From: an uncultured Bacilli bacterium
GTDB taxonomy: Bacteria; Bacillota_I; Bacilli_A; RFN20; CAG-826
Reading direction: 5' to 3'
Length of the DNA: 64,000 nucleotides
NCBI GenBank assembly: GCA_963722445.1
Contig: CAVRMZ010000047.1
Coordinates: forward strand, 1,162-65,161
Shown here: piece after piece, positions 38,488-48,475 of the stretch
Numbering within the stretch: the stretch's first letter is position 1
Layout: each line of letters starts with the position of its first letter
The notes under the pieces: generated by a model
What the model was told of the DNA's origin: nothing
The model's database searches: none
What the model saw: only the letters and a program-made list of their open reading frames with translations
Made by a program: the position numbers and the translations under genes

Positions 38488-38518
38488 AAACCCGAGACAC
38501 TTGATATCTCGGGTTTTT
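38488..38518. terminator. Bidirectional rho-independent terminator between ugd and the convergent membrane-protein gene
   Basis: AAAACCCGAGA-CACTTGATAT-TCTCGGGTTTTT. Confidence 0.6.
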
Positions 38519-38520
38519 CA

Positions 38521-39765
38521 TCAGCTTTCGTATCGAGGTCTTAACGATCGCATCGACATCCACATGACACGCATTCCATAGAGGAAGATGAAGAGCAATA
38601 ACGACCATCCTGCCTGGAAGAATGGCAAGAAACCGAGAAGCGTAAGCAAGGCTGGGGATAAGGAAGCCCAATAGCCGATTTTCTGGCATTCCCAGAAGGA
38701 ATAGATGCTAAACGGATTGGTCTTGCCGCGGGTCATAAGCCAAATGCTGAAACCAAGAACGAGCGTCAGCCCAGCGTAGATGGCAAGCGTGATTTCGGTC
38801 CAGATCCAAGCATTGGAAATTTTTTGGGTCTCCCAGGCATCAGACAGCATTTCACTCCAGGCGGCTAAGGTTTCGGTCTTGTATCCGTCCGTGCCCCTTG
38901 CGTTGTTGTACCCGACGCTATGAGTGCTCTTATTGGCTAAATTGGCGAGGTTAAATCCTTGGATGCTAGCGGCATTCCATTGGTAGTACTTCTCTGCGAT
39001 GCTGGAACTTGATCCCGTCGGCTTTTTGACGAATAAGAAACCTTCATCCCCAAGGAAAATCGTGTTCGTCGAATAATTGCTCAAGGTTTCCCAAGAACTA
39101 TTGGGATCGTTTGAAGCCACCGAAAGAATCGTGGAAGCGAAAGCGGCCAAATCCGAGGCACTGCCAGTATGGTAATAAACGACGAGATCGCAATGGGTCT
39201 GCGTGACCGTAACAACCCCGGTCGATGAAGAAGAACTAGCCGCAGAACTTGAGGAACTGATTGGGGTAGAGACCACCTTGACGTCGTAGAAATAGCCATA
39301 GTAATCGTTCGCTCCGGCATAGAGTTTTTTAAGTTCGCCGGCCGCTGTGCTGGCAGAATCCTTGGGGTTTCCGACCAACGTGTTGTTTTCAATGGTGAGA
39401 ACCACGCCTTTATCCGCCATTTGCTCATCGAAATCGACCAAGGCGTTATCAAGGCCATAAGTGGGAGAATTCAGAAGAGTGCTGCCCGACTGTTGAAAAA
39501 AGGAGGTCATGGTCGGGGCGGTTGCGATAAGGATTGAAAGGACGGCGATAAGAACCGGGGCGTACCAAGGCTTCTTTCGCCCTTCGACGCAAGCGTCGTT
39601 GCTGATGAGGGTTGTGAAGAAGAACTTTAATCTTCCTTTCCAAGAAGATTGCGGTTTGACTGGTTTGGCTATAGGTTTAGCTTGTGACATGTTTTTACTC
39701 TCGTTTTTTCGCATAAAAACTCTACAACAAAGCCGCCCTTTATACAAAGGAAACCTCAACCCCAA
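38521..39765 (-). CDS. Membrane protein with Ser-rich extracytoplasmic domain (function unknown)
   Basis: An N-terminal TM helix, a Ser-rich tract (SSSSSAASSSSSTG) and 3-4 C-terminal TM helices. The true start is probably an internal Met (MSQAKP… at 39690 or MRKNES…). Confidence 0.45.
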   Translation of the reverse strand: MGLRFPLYKGRLCCRVFMRKNESKNMSQAKPIAKPVKPQSSWKGRLKFFFTTLISNDACVEGRKKPWYAPVLIAVLSILIATAPTMTSFFQQSGSTLLNSPTYGLDNALVDFDEQMADKGVVLTIENNTLVGNPKDSASTAAGELKKLYAGANDYYGYFYDVKVVSTPISSSSSAASSSSSTGVVTVTQTHCDLVVYYHTGSASDLAAFASTILSVASNDPNSSWETLSNYSTNTIFLGDEGFLFVKKPTGSSSSIAEKYYQWNAASIQGFNLANLANKSTHSVGYNNARGTDGYKTETLAAWSEMLSDAWETQKISNAWIWTEITLAIYAGLTLVLGFSIWLMTRGKTNPFSIYSFWECQKIGYWASLSPALLTLLGFLPFFQAGWSLLLFIFLYGMRVMWMSMRSLRPRYES

Positions 39766-39910
39766 AAGGAGCCCGTTTCGTAAGGAGGGGCTTAGCGAAA
39801 ATTAACTTTTCTCAAATTTTAGGCTGTTTTAGGGGCCAAATTGTCTCTTCTTTGCGAAGAGCCCCCATGGGTGTTATATTCTTTATGCTTCGAAAGAAGC
39901 AATGTTCTTT

Positions 39911-40311
39911 GGGGTCGTTCCGGTTTTGACGGGGGATTGATCTGGCCTGGACTGCAGTGGCGTGGCGAGCTTAAACGCCAAACCAAAATAACTGATAATC
40001 ACAGTTATCTTTACGGGAATAACGCTCAGCGTCGTTCCTACGCTTGCGCCTAATCGGTAACCTTAGGGTTTCCTAGCTTCGGCTAGGGGCAGCGCGTCCT
40101 CTGCCTATTTCGTGCCTATTAGGCACTTTGGGCGTCATATCAAGACACTAAGCATTCACCTTCGGCTAAGGGTGGGTGACGAAAACGCGTTAGCCTCGCC
40201 TTGCGGACTCGGTTGCATCACGCTGCAAGGTTAAATCCGACGTAGCCTAAACTGTAGGCGTTCTCGTTGGAGATTCCTCGGACAGGGGTTCAACTCCCCT
40301 CGACTCCACCA
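39911..40311 (+). ncRNA. ssrA: tmRNA (transfer-messenger RNA)
   Basis: The 5' end GGGGUCGUUCCGGUUUUGACGGGGGAUUGA matches the tmRNA acceptor/D-loop consensus. The 3' end GGACAGGGGUUCAACUCCCCUCGACUCCACCA has the T-arm plus ACCA. The internal ORF frame ends …GNNAQRRSYACA-UAA at 40053. About 401 nt. Confidence 0.85.
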
Positions 40312-40321
40312 ATCGACGATA

Positions 40322-40350
40322 AACTCCAGGAAAATCCTGGAGTTTTTTCT
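40322..40350 (+). terminator. Rho-independent terminator after ssrA
   Basis: CTCCAGG-AAAAT-CCTGGAG followed by TTTTTTCTTT. Confidence 0.65.
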
Positions 40351-40373
40351 TTATAAAATTGAGAAAAACAGAT

Positions 40374-40775
40374 TTAGAAAGAAAGCGTTTTAGGGACGCC
40401 CCCAAACGAATAAAACGTAGCCGTGGCGTTCTTGACAAAGAAAACGGCGCATTTCCCGTCATTCTCGTTATACATTTTGCGGAGCATCGGCATATCATCA
40501 AGCATCTTCTTTCGGGATTCGACCCTATCGTCAAGAACGGCTTCCCCAGATAAGCGAATCCATTCATCTTGATAAAAGGCGCTGATTTCGATCCTGGGAT
40601 TGGCGATCATTTCTTTGAAAACGTTCTTTGGCTTTCCGGTCTGGAAATAAAGCTTTCCTTCAATGATGTCATAGGAAGCAAAAGGGCGAACCCGTGGCTG
40701 CTTTCCCTCTTCTGTCGCAATGAAATAAGTTCCGGCCTTTTTAAGGAATTCGTAAGTCTCTTCTACTGCTGTCAT
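40374..40775 (-). CDS. Pyridoxamine 5'-phosphate oxidase-family (FMN-binding split-barrel) protein
   Basis: 133 aa with a PNPOx-like split-barrel pattern (…GTYFIATEEGKQPRVRPF…GKLYFQT…). This is a general-stress-protein-26-like family. Confidence 0.5.
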   Translation of the reverse strand: MTAVEETYEFLKKAGTYFIATEEGKQPRVRPFASYDIIEGKLYFQTGKPKNVFKEMIANPRIEISAFYQDEWIRLSGEAVLDDRVESRKKMLDDMPMLRKMYNENDGKCAVFFVKNATATFYSFGGVPKTLSF

Positions 40776-40842
40776 GTTATTTTCCTTCTTTTAACTGATT
40801 ATATTCTATTTTCATTTTCAAAAGTTTGGCTAGAGTTTATCT

Positions 40843-41547
40843 ATGTGCACCAGCATCGTGTTTAATGGAAAAAAGACGCTTGTGGGTTTCAATTTCGATA
40901 ATTCTTTTTGGAAGTATCAGATTGTGGCCTCATCCCAATGGGTCTATCTCCAAGTTAAAGTCCATGAAAATCTTTGGGAGCCGATCATCGGAGTCAACAG
41001 TCAAGGCAATTTCGTTAATTGCCCCCAAATGAACCCGGCCGCCCCCGCCGGCACGTATCATCGGAGCGGCTTTTATAAGCGCCTTGATGTGATTAACCGG
41101 GAACTTCTTCTCGGAAAACGAGATTTTGCGGGTACCGTTTCCTTGGTTCGAAACCATCCCCTTTGCAATGAGCCCGGCTGTTCTCTCCAAGCTCAAGACA
41201 GCAATTGCTTCGGCGATGTGCTCCAAATCGAGCCGGGATTGGGTTTCAAATTATTAAAGCGTCCCCGCTATGCGGTAATGACGAATTTCCAACTATCTCA
41301 CGAAAGCGAAACCAAAAACCATCCTTGGAGCGGTTACGATCGTTACTTAATCGCCAAGAAAATGCTGGAAATCGCAACTGATGAATTCGATGTCTCTTCA
41401 GTTTTTGAGGTTTTAAAAGCCACCTGCCAATCCAAAGTGGAATGCCCCACTCAGTTCTCGCTTGTTTACGATGCTTCCGCTGGCAACGTTTGCTGGTGCG
41501 AAAACCGAGAATGGGATAACTTGCGGGAACAGCTTTTATCCCATTAA
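40843..41547 (+). CDS. Ntn-hydrolase, choloylglycine hydrolase/linear amide C-N hydrolase family, short (possibly truncated)
   Basis: The N-terminus MCTSIVF…GFNFDNSFW matches the Cys2-nucleophile N-terminus (MCT…GRNxD) of the CBAH family. At 234 aa it is shorter than typical members (~320 aa). Confidence 0.5.
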   Translation: MCTSIVFNGKKTLVGFNFDNSFWKYQIVASSQWVYLQVKVHENLWEPIIGVNSQGNFVNCPQMNPAAPAGTYHRSGFYKRLDVINRELLLGKRDFAGTVSLVRNHPLCNEPGCSLQAQDSNCFGDVLQIEPGLGFKLLKRPRYAVMTNFQLSHESETKNHPWSGYDRYLIAKKMLEIATDEFDVSSVFEVLKATCQSKVECPTQFSLVYDASAGNVCWCENREWDNLREQLLSH

Positions 41548-41555
41548 AATCTTCA

Positions 41556-41591
41556 AAATCCATCCGACAGTCCATCATCGAATGGATTTTC
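41556..41591. terminator. Hairpin between convergent genes (possible bidirectional terminator)
   Basis: AAAATCCAT-(18 nt)-ATGGATTTT, a 9-bp stem. Confidence 0.35.
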
Positions 41592-41600
41592 TTTAGAAAA

Positions 41601-42839
41601 TCAAGCAGCCGTCCAAATCACGGTCGTGGGTTGCACCCACGCCCCATAACCGGTTCCACCCTCGCCGTTAAAAAGTGACCCAAAAGCGCTGTCGTAATTG
41701 TAGAATTCCGCGAAATGCTCGTAATGGTCAATTGTTTTGACGATCCAGGGCGAGTTTCCATACATCGCAATGCCGCTAGGAACTATGACAAGGCGTCCCG
41801 TTCCGCGGTTCCAAGTCGTGCTTGAAGCATAGGTGCTATCCACCGCAATATCAGCTTCGGTGTAATAATAAGTATTAAGAGTCGGGAAATAAGTGGTGTA
41901 ACCATTCGTGCGGCTGTATTCGGTGTAAAGCCGAGCCGAAGTGCCATAGGTGTTATAAGCCGTCTTTTTGACGCTTGTGAGAGTGCTCGAAGTGTAATGA
42001 AGATAATTTTTCGGAAGGGCGCTGAAAGCTTGGAAATAAAGAGAAACATCGCTGGGGTCGGTGTAAACGGCTCCTTTGGTCAAGGTTTTAACGACCGTTC
42101 CTTTATAGAGACCCGAGGTATAGGAAACGTTATAGACGTTAACGGCGGAACTATTTGAGGTTATCGGAGCGATGCGGTAGGCTCCTGCGGCTTCGGTTTG
42201 GCTCGAAGTGGAGCTTGAAGCCGAACTACTAATAGAGGAAGACCACGAAGAAGATGACGTTGAGTTTGCGCTTGAAGAACTTGACCCCCCGCCAAAGGTT
42301 ACGACGATTCGACTCACATAAAGGCGTTTGCCCGAACTAGTCGTAGCAAGAGTCAAAGAAGATGAAGCGGAAGAAGCGCCATTGTCGAGATTTGGAAAGT
42401 CATAAGCCGAGAAAGCCGTTGATGAGATCGTGTTAGTGACATATGAAGTGTGGGCAGAAGTCGCTACCTCAAGTATGGAACCACTGTCGCTTCCGTAAAG
42501 GCTTGAGTAGATTTGAACCGATGAAATGATGCGACTTGAAGAGAAGGTAAACTTCAGCGATCCGACGGCGCTGCCGCTGCCGAAACGCGCGGCGTAGCCA
42601 CTTGAAGGCATGTAGACCTTCGAGGAAGTGATTGAACTGATTGAAAGGGACGAAGTGGTCAGCGCCGACAGCGTGACCGCGGTTGTGGACGAGGAATCCT
42701 TCGAAGTCCCAAACGCGATAGAACCCGTGGTTCCTGAGGCATTGGCCTCGTGGGAACTCGCCATGGCTGTCATGACGGGAATTAAGCCCAACACCAGGGC
42801 TGAGGTGAGGAGGGTGACAACCGATTTGTGGTTTTTCAT
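41601..42839 (-). CDS. Secreted barnase/microbial-RNase-family ribonuclease with long Ser/Thr-rich linker
   Basis: Signal peptide MKNHKSVVTLLTSALVLGLIPVMTAMAS, then ~200 aa of S/T-rich sequence. The C-terminal domain aligns with barnase: YFQAFSALPKNY versus YLQTYHKLPDNY; TEADIA versus READIN (catalytic Glu); RGTGRLVIV…WIVKTIDHYEHF versus RNSDRILYSSDWLIYKTTDHYQTF (Arg and His). Confidence 0.65.
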   Translation of the reverse strand: MKNHKSVVTLLTSALVLGLIPVMTAMASSHEANASGTTGSIAFGTSKDSSSTTAVTLSALTTSSLSISSITSSKVYMPSSGYAARFGSGSAVGSLKFTFSSSRIISSVQIYSSLYGSDSGSILEVATSAHTSYVTNTISSTAFSAYDFPNLDNGASSASSSLTLATTSSGKRLYVSRIVVTFGGGSSSSSANSTSSSSWSSSISSSASSSTSSQTEAAGAYRIAPITSNSSAVNVYNVSYTSGLYKGTVVKTLTKGAVYTDPSDVSLYFQAFSALPKNYLHYTSSTLTSVKKTAYNTYGTSARLYTEYSRTNGYTTYFPTLNTYYYTEADIAVDSTYASSTTWNRGTGRLVIVPSGIAMYGNSPWIVKTIDHYEHFAEFYNYDSAFGSLFNGEGGTGYGAWVQPTTVIWTAA

Positions 42840-43067
42840 ATGGAAACCCCCATGTCTCTTCTAAAAGTGTAGGTGTGTGAACCGATTGTCGGGTTGACAA
42901 ATTTGCGCAAAAATCATGACATTTGTCTTCTATGGCCAATAAAAATCGTGATTATTTATAGAACCAAAAAATGTTAAAAAAATATCGGTATCGCAAGAAA
43001 TCGAAAATTTTTTTAGATTTTAAATTGCAGGCATATCGACGTCAATGAATACGCATTCAGAAAAAGG

Positions 43068-43841
43068 TTATTTAAAAAGATAACCTGTCATCGAAAGAGA
43101 GCCAAGGACTCGTTTATCATTGAAAACCGATATCTCGTCTTCCAAATCCGCCGCTCCTAAAGCGTAGAGCAAAGGATAAAAATGTTCTGGCGTGAAGAAA
43201 GCCTTTTTGGCGCTTCCCCCTGCCTTTTCATATTGAGACACGGAAGCGAAGTCCTTTTCTTTTATCGTTTTTTCAATCCAAGCGTCAAAAGTATCCGCCC
43301 AAAGAAACCCGCCTTTTTTAGCCCAATCGATAAGATAGAGATTGTGAACGATGTTTCCAGAGGCAAGAATCAAAATTCCTTCTTTTCGCAATGAAGCCAG
43401 TTTTTGGCCTAAACGGAAATGTTCGATCGGAGTCGCCTCCATATCCACGCTGATTTCCGTGACTGGGATATCCGCTTCGGGGTACATCCTATGAAGCACA
43501 GACCAAAGGCCGTGGTCAATTCCCCAGGAATTATCAATGGAAGCTTTTTCGCCGAGAAGGCTTAATGCTTTGGCAGCCAACTCAGGACATCCCTTAGCCG
43601 GATATTTCAAAGCGTAAAGCTCGGGCGGGAAACCAGACATATCGTATATTTGCCTCGGGTTGATGAGATTAGAAATTTTGGTTCCGTTGGTTCCCCAATG
43701 GGCGGATATTCCTAAAACTGCCTTCGGTTTTGGCAATTCCTTCCCAAGTTTTTTCCATTCAATAGAGAATTCATTATCTTCAATGGCGTTCATGGGCGAG
43801 CCATGCCCAACGAAGAGAACGGGAAATATATCTTTGTTCAT
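43068..43841 (-). CDS. Extradiol ring-cleavage dioxygenase, LigB/YgiD (4,5-DOPA dioxygenase-like) family
   Basis: PVLFVGHGSPMNA… is the YgiD-type N-terminal motif; 257 aa. Confidence 0.6.
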   Translation of the reverse strand: MNKDIFPVLFVGHGSPMNAIEDNEFSIEWKKLGKELPKPKAVLGISAHWGTNGTKISNLINPRQIYDMSGFPPELYALKYPAKGCPELAAKALSLLGEKASIDNSWGIDHGLWSVLHRMYPEADIPVTEISVDMEATPIEHFRLGQKLASLRKEGILILASGNIVHNLYLIDWAKKGGFLWADTFDAWIEKTIKEKDFASVSQYEKAGGSAKKAFFTPEHFYPLLYALGAADLEDEISVFNDKRVLGSLSMTGYLFK

Positions 43842-43908
43842 GTTTTCCTCGTCACCATTCTAAAGCAAACGCGCTCCTCGAATCGAAAAGGTGGATAAGG
43901 ATTAATCT

Positions 43909-45009
43909 TTACTTGGATTTTGCGGACTTTTTGATGATGAGGGCCATTTGGTCGTGCTTGCTCAGCACGTCTTTTAAAAGTGCAATTTGGACTTTGGCCC
44001 GACAAAGGTTCTCGTTTTCATTTGTGACCTTGAAGTAAAGGTCGCCATCGAGAAAATCCGTAACAAAACGGAGAGCCAATTCATAAGTTATCGTTTCGGT
44101 TGCCAAGGGCATTAATTCAATTTCGTCCTTGGACAAATTCCCAGCGCTTCCTTTGAGATACCCCTTTGCGTAGGCCTTGAATAAATTCAGATCCAGGGAA
44201 ACCTTAGTTAAATCAGATTCTTCTTCCGAAGCGGTATTGGCCCCAAACCGCACCGCATCTCCAAAATCGGTGATCGCCAAGCCTGGCATCACGGTGTCGA
44301 GATCAATCACGCAAATACCCTTTTTGCTTTTATCATCAAAAAGAATGTTGTTTAGTTTAGTGTCGTTATGGGTGACTTTCAAAGGAATGGCCTTTTTTCT
44401 GACTTGGTCGCTTAATTCATAAGCCAACGTTTTGTGTTCGCGGAGAAATTCGATTTCTTCCATCGCGAGGGGGCCTCGGTTTAAGGGATCTTTTCGGATG
44501 GCTTTCAAAAAATGAGAATATCTGGATTTGGTATCATGGAATCCTTTGATCGTTTCGTGAAGTTCGGCAGCGGGGAAGTCGCTTAAATCGGCTTGGAAAC
44601 GACTAAAGGTCAGCGCCGCTTCCGTAAAAAGCTTTGGTGTCGCTGCGTTATAGGTCTTTGTTTTATCAATATCGATATAGGCTCTCCAAAATCCCTCTTT
44701 ATTTTTTAAGAATGTTTTTCCGTCTTTTGTTTTGACGAGAGTCAAGGTTTCGCGAAGAGGGTCCCCTTTCCTCGCTTTAATTTTCTTTTGCAAAAAAGAA
44801 GTAACCTTTTCAATGTTTTCCATAACCTCTTCAGGGGACGTGAAGACGTGTTCATTGACTTTTTGAAGGACATATTTTTGTTTGCCGTAATCAAGAATAT
44901 AGGTGTCGTTAATGCGTCCGATGGTATCAGCTTTGGCGAGAACGAACGATCCTTCGAAAAGGAAATTTGGTAACACGTTTTTTAGAATGCTTTCGCTAAG
45001 AGTTTCCAT
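43909..45009 (-). CDS. APH/ChoK-family phosphotransferase (possibly N-acetylhexosamine 1-kinase-like)
   Basis: Brenner motif VTHNDTKLNNILFD and a DFG-like segment ICVIDLDTV; 366 aa. The substrate is uncertain. Confidence 0.5.
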   Translation of the reverse strand: METLSESILKNVLPNFLFEGSFVLAKADTIGRINDTYILDYGKQKYVLQKVNEHVFTSPEEVMENIEKVTSFLQKKIKARKGDPLRETLTLVKTKDGKTFLKNKEGFWRAYIDIDKTKTYNAATPKLFTEAALTFSRFQADLSDFPAAELHETIKGFHDTKSRYSHFLKAIRKDPLNRGPLAMEEIEFLREHKTLAYELSDQVRKKAIPLKVTHNDTKLNNILFDDKSKKGICVIDLDTVMPGLAITDFGDAVRFGANTASEEESDLTKVSLDLNLFKAYAKGYLKGSAGNLSKDEIELMPLATETITYELALRFVTDFLDGDLYFKVTNENENLCRAKVQIALLKDVLSKHDQMALIIKKSAKSK

Positions 45010-45251
45010 AAATGTTTCTTTCTGGGCCTTTTTTATGAGGCCGTTCTTCAGCTTTTTATTATATTCTTTCGAAAATGAAAAAAAGGTTCATAACCGAAAA
45101 AGGCCCTAATTGGAAAAGTCCTTGGGACCCCAATTATGTTGGGAATTATTCCCGATAAGCCAAAGGTTGCCAGGAAATTGAGGCGGTCAGAATGATTTAT
45201 TAAGGAGATTATTCCGAATCCAAAAAACAGCGTTTAAAACATCGAACGATT

Positions 45252-46763
45252 TCATTTGGTTCTCTTTTTTCCCAAATTATGGAAGGTCATATCATCAGGA
45301 AGAACCCACGAAAGAATGAGGGCCAACACAAACATGTTAATCACGCAGTTGTTTAGAATTCCGGCGAGATAAGGCAAATTCATTCGGACGAGCGCACCCG
45401 AGGCTACCGTTCCGTTGATGACCGTGGAAGTCGAAACGAGCGGCCCCACAATCGACATTCCAAAACCAAGGCCAGCACAAAGGGAAACAATCAAAATGTT
45501 TTTTTCGGTCCATCCGAGCTCGGCTACCATTTTCATTCCGATGGCCACAATGGATCCGAAAAGAATCACCATAGCTCCCCCGACGACGCAACTTGGGATG
45601 GTATAGATGAAATTGGCTATGGGCGGGAAGAAGCTTGCAACGATCAGAATGGCCGCTCCGCAGAAAATGGTGAAACGGTTGACTATTTTCGTTTGAGCCA
45701 CTATTCCTACGTTTTCGGCATAGGTCGTTTGAGGGAAACTGCCAAAGCAGGCCCCCAAAGCACTATTGAGGCCATCGGTAACAAGGCAACCCGTCAATTC
45801 GCGATTCGTTGGATTGCGCCCCGCCCCAATTTTGGCTAGCGACGAAGCATCGCCGATGGCCTCAACAGACGATGCCAAAAAACATAAAAAGGTCATTAAA
45901 CATGGGACAGTTTCAAAACGAATCTTTGAGAAATCGATTAAAGTTGGGGAGCCCACTACGCCGTGTAAGCCTGCAAAAGCGGTAATTTTTAGAGCGCTGA
46001 AATCCACCATCCCGGGAATGCAGCAAGCTAAGGCAAAGCCCAATAAAATACCGGCGATTATATTAAGACGCTTATATAGGCCAGGAATGAAAATAGACCA
46101 GCAAATCGCGGCCATCGTGGTGATAGTTGCAACGAGTATATAAGCGAAAAAAGGCACATTTCCCACCATTCCGTTTGAATCCACCGCCGCCAAAACTGCT
46201 GAGCCCCCAAAGAAATCTGCTGCTCCGCTAGACAAAAGAGACAATCCGATTCCTAAAACCACAACCGCCGGAACGACTGGTTTTAAAAGCCAACCCCAGA
46301 ATTTATAAAAAAAAGCCAAAACCGCGATGGATAATCCCCCAATTATGCAGGAACCGATTATCGTGTAATAGGCTTCTTCTGCTGTGCCCCCGCCGCTTAT
46401 TACGGCTGAGGCAATCGTTAGAAAAACCGGGACATAAGTAAAAGAGGTTCCGATTACAATGGGAAGCCGAGCCCCGAAGAGGAGCTGAAACATGGTTCCA
46501 AGACCTGCCATAAGCAAAGCGGCCATCATGGCATTAACGGCTAATTCGCTGTTAGTGGAATTCAACCCAAGAGAACTGAAAACGATGAGCAAAGGGGTTA
46601 TGTTGGCCGCAAACATCGCGAAGACGTGTTGCAAACCAAAAAGGAAGGCTTTTCTCAATGGGACTCTTCCGTCTAGCTGAAAAACATTTTCGGCAGAACT
46701 TGGCCCTTTGAAAACATCCTTGAGGCCTGCGCCAATATCTGCAAATACCATCTTGATAGACAT
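45252..46763 (-). CDS. NCS2-family nucleobase:cation symporter (uracil/xanthine permease type)
   Basis: LFGLQHVFAMFAANITPLLIV is the UraA/XanP-type QH motif; about 12 TM helices, 503 aa. Confidence 0.7.
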   Translation of the reverse strand: MSIKMVFADIGAGLKDVFKGPSSAENVFQLDGRVPLRKAFLFGLQHVFAMFAANITPLLIVFSSLGLNSTNSELAVNAMMAALLMAGLGTMFQLLFGARLPIVIGTSFTYVPVFLTIASAVISGGGTAEEAYYTIIGSCIIGGLSIAVLAFFYKFWGWLLKPVVPAVVVLGIGLSLLSSGAADFFGGSAVLAAVDSNGMVGNVPFFAYILVATITTMAAICWSIFIPGLYKRLNIIAGILLGFALACCIPGMVDFSALKITAFAGLHGVVGSPTLIDFSKIRFETVPCLMTFLCFLASSVEAIGDASSLAKIGAGRNPTNRELTGCLVTDGLNSALGACFGSFPQTTYAENVGIVAQTKIVNRFTIFCGAAILIVASFFPPIANFIYTIPSCVVGGAMVILFGSIVAIGMKMVAELGWTEKNILIVSLCAGLGFGMSIVGPLVSTSTVINGTVASGALVRMNLPYLAGILNNCVINMFVLALILSWVLPDDMTFHNLGKKRTK

Positions 46764-46855
46764 AAAGCTTGGCTCCTCTTCTGCTTAGCGTTTAATAATA
46801 CTAGATTTTTTTATTGTTCCAAAGACAATAAAAACCCATCGACACAAGTTTAGAG

Positions 46856-46893
46856 CATAAAAAACGCCGAGGAGGTAAATCTTCTCGGCGTTA
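46856..46893 (-). terminator. Rho-independent terminator after eno (minus strand)
   Basis: On the minus strand: AACGCCGAG-(12 nt)-CTCGGCGTT followed by TTTTTTAT. Confidence 0.6.
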
Positions 46894-46908
46894 ATTTTTC
46901 AGAAAAAA

Positions 46909-48210
<1,302 letters not shown>

Positions 48211-48475
48211 TCATTCTCCTTTTATTTGATTGAACATGCTTACTTGGTAAGCACTAAGATTATAAGGCAATCCCCCCCTTGGCTCCACAAATAGTCGGTC
48301 TTCTTGTTTTTTGAACGATTTACCGATTATTTTCAGCGCAAAGCAGGAATGAATTTTAAAAGAAATCTGATATGGATTTTTCTTTTTAGCCATTTTTTCA
48401 TAAGGAAAGCGCTAAATGTATGACAACGCTACTTATTCTTGAGGCTCTTTTATTGCTATATAATAAAAATACTTT

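Noticed and set aside
45252-46763. Purine or PyrR riboswitch upstream of the nucleobase permease
   Set aside because: The leader between the eno terminator and the permease start is only about 100 nt, and it lacks the conserved purine-riboswitch junction sequences or a PyrR binding loop.
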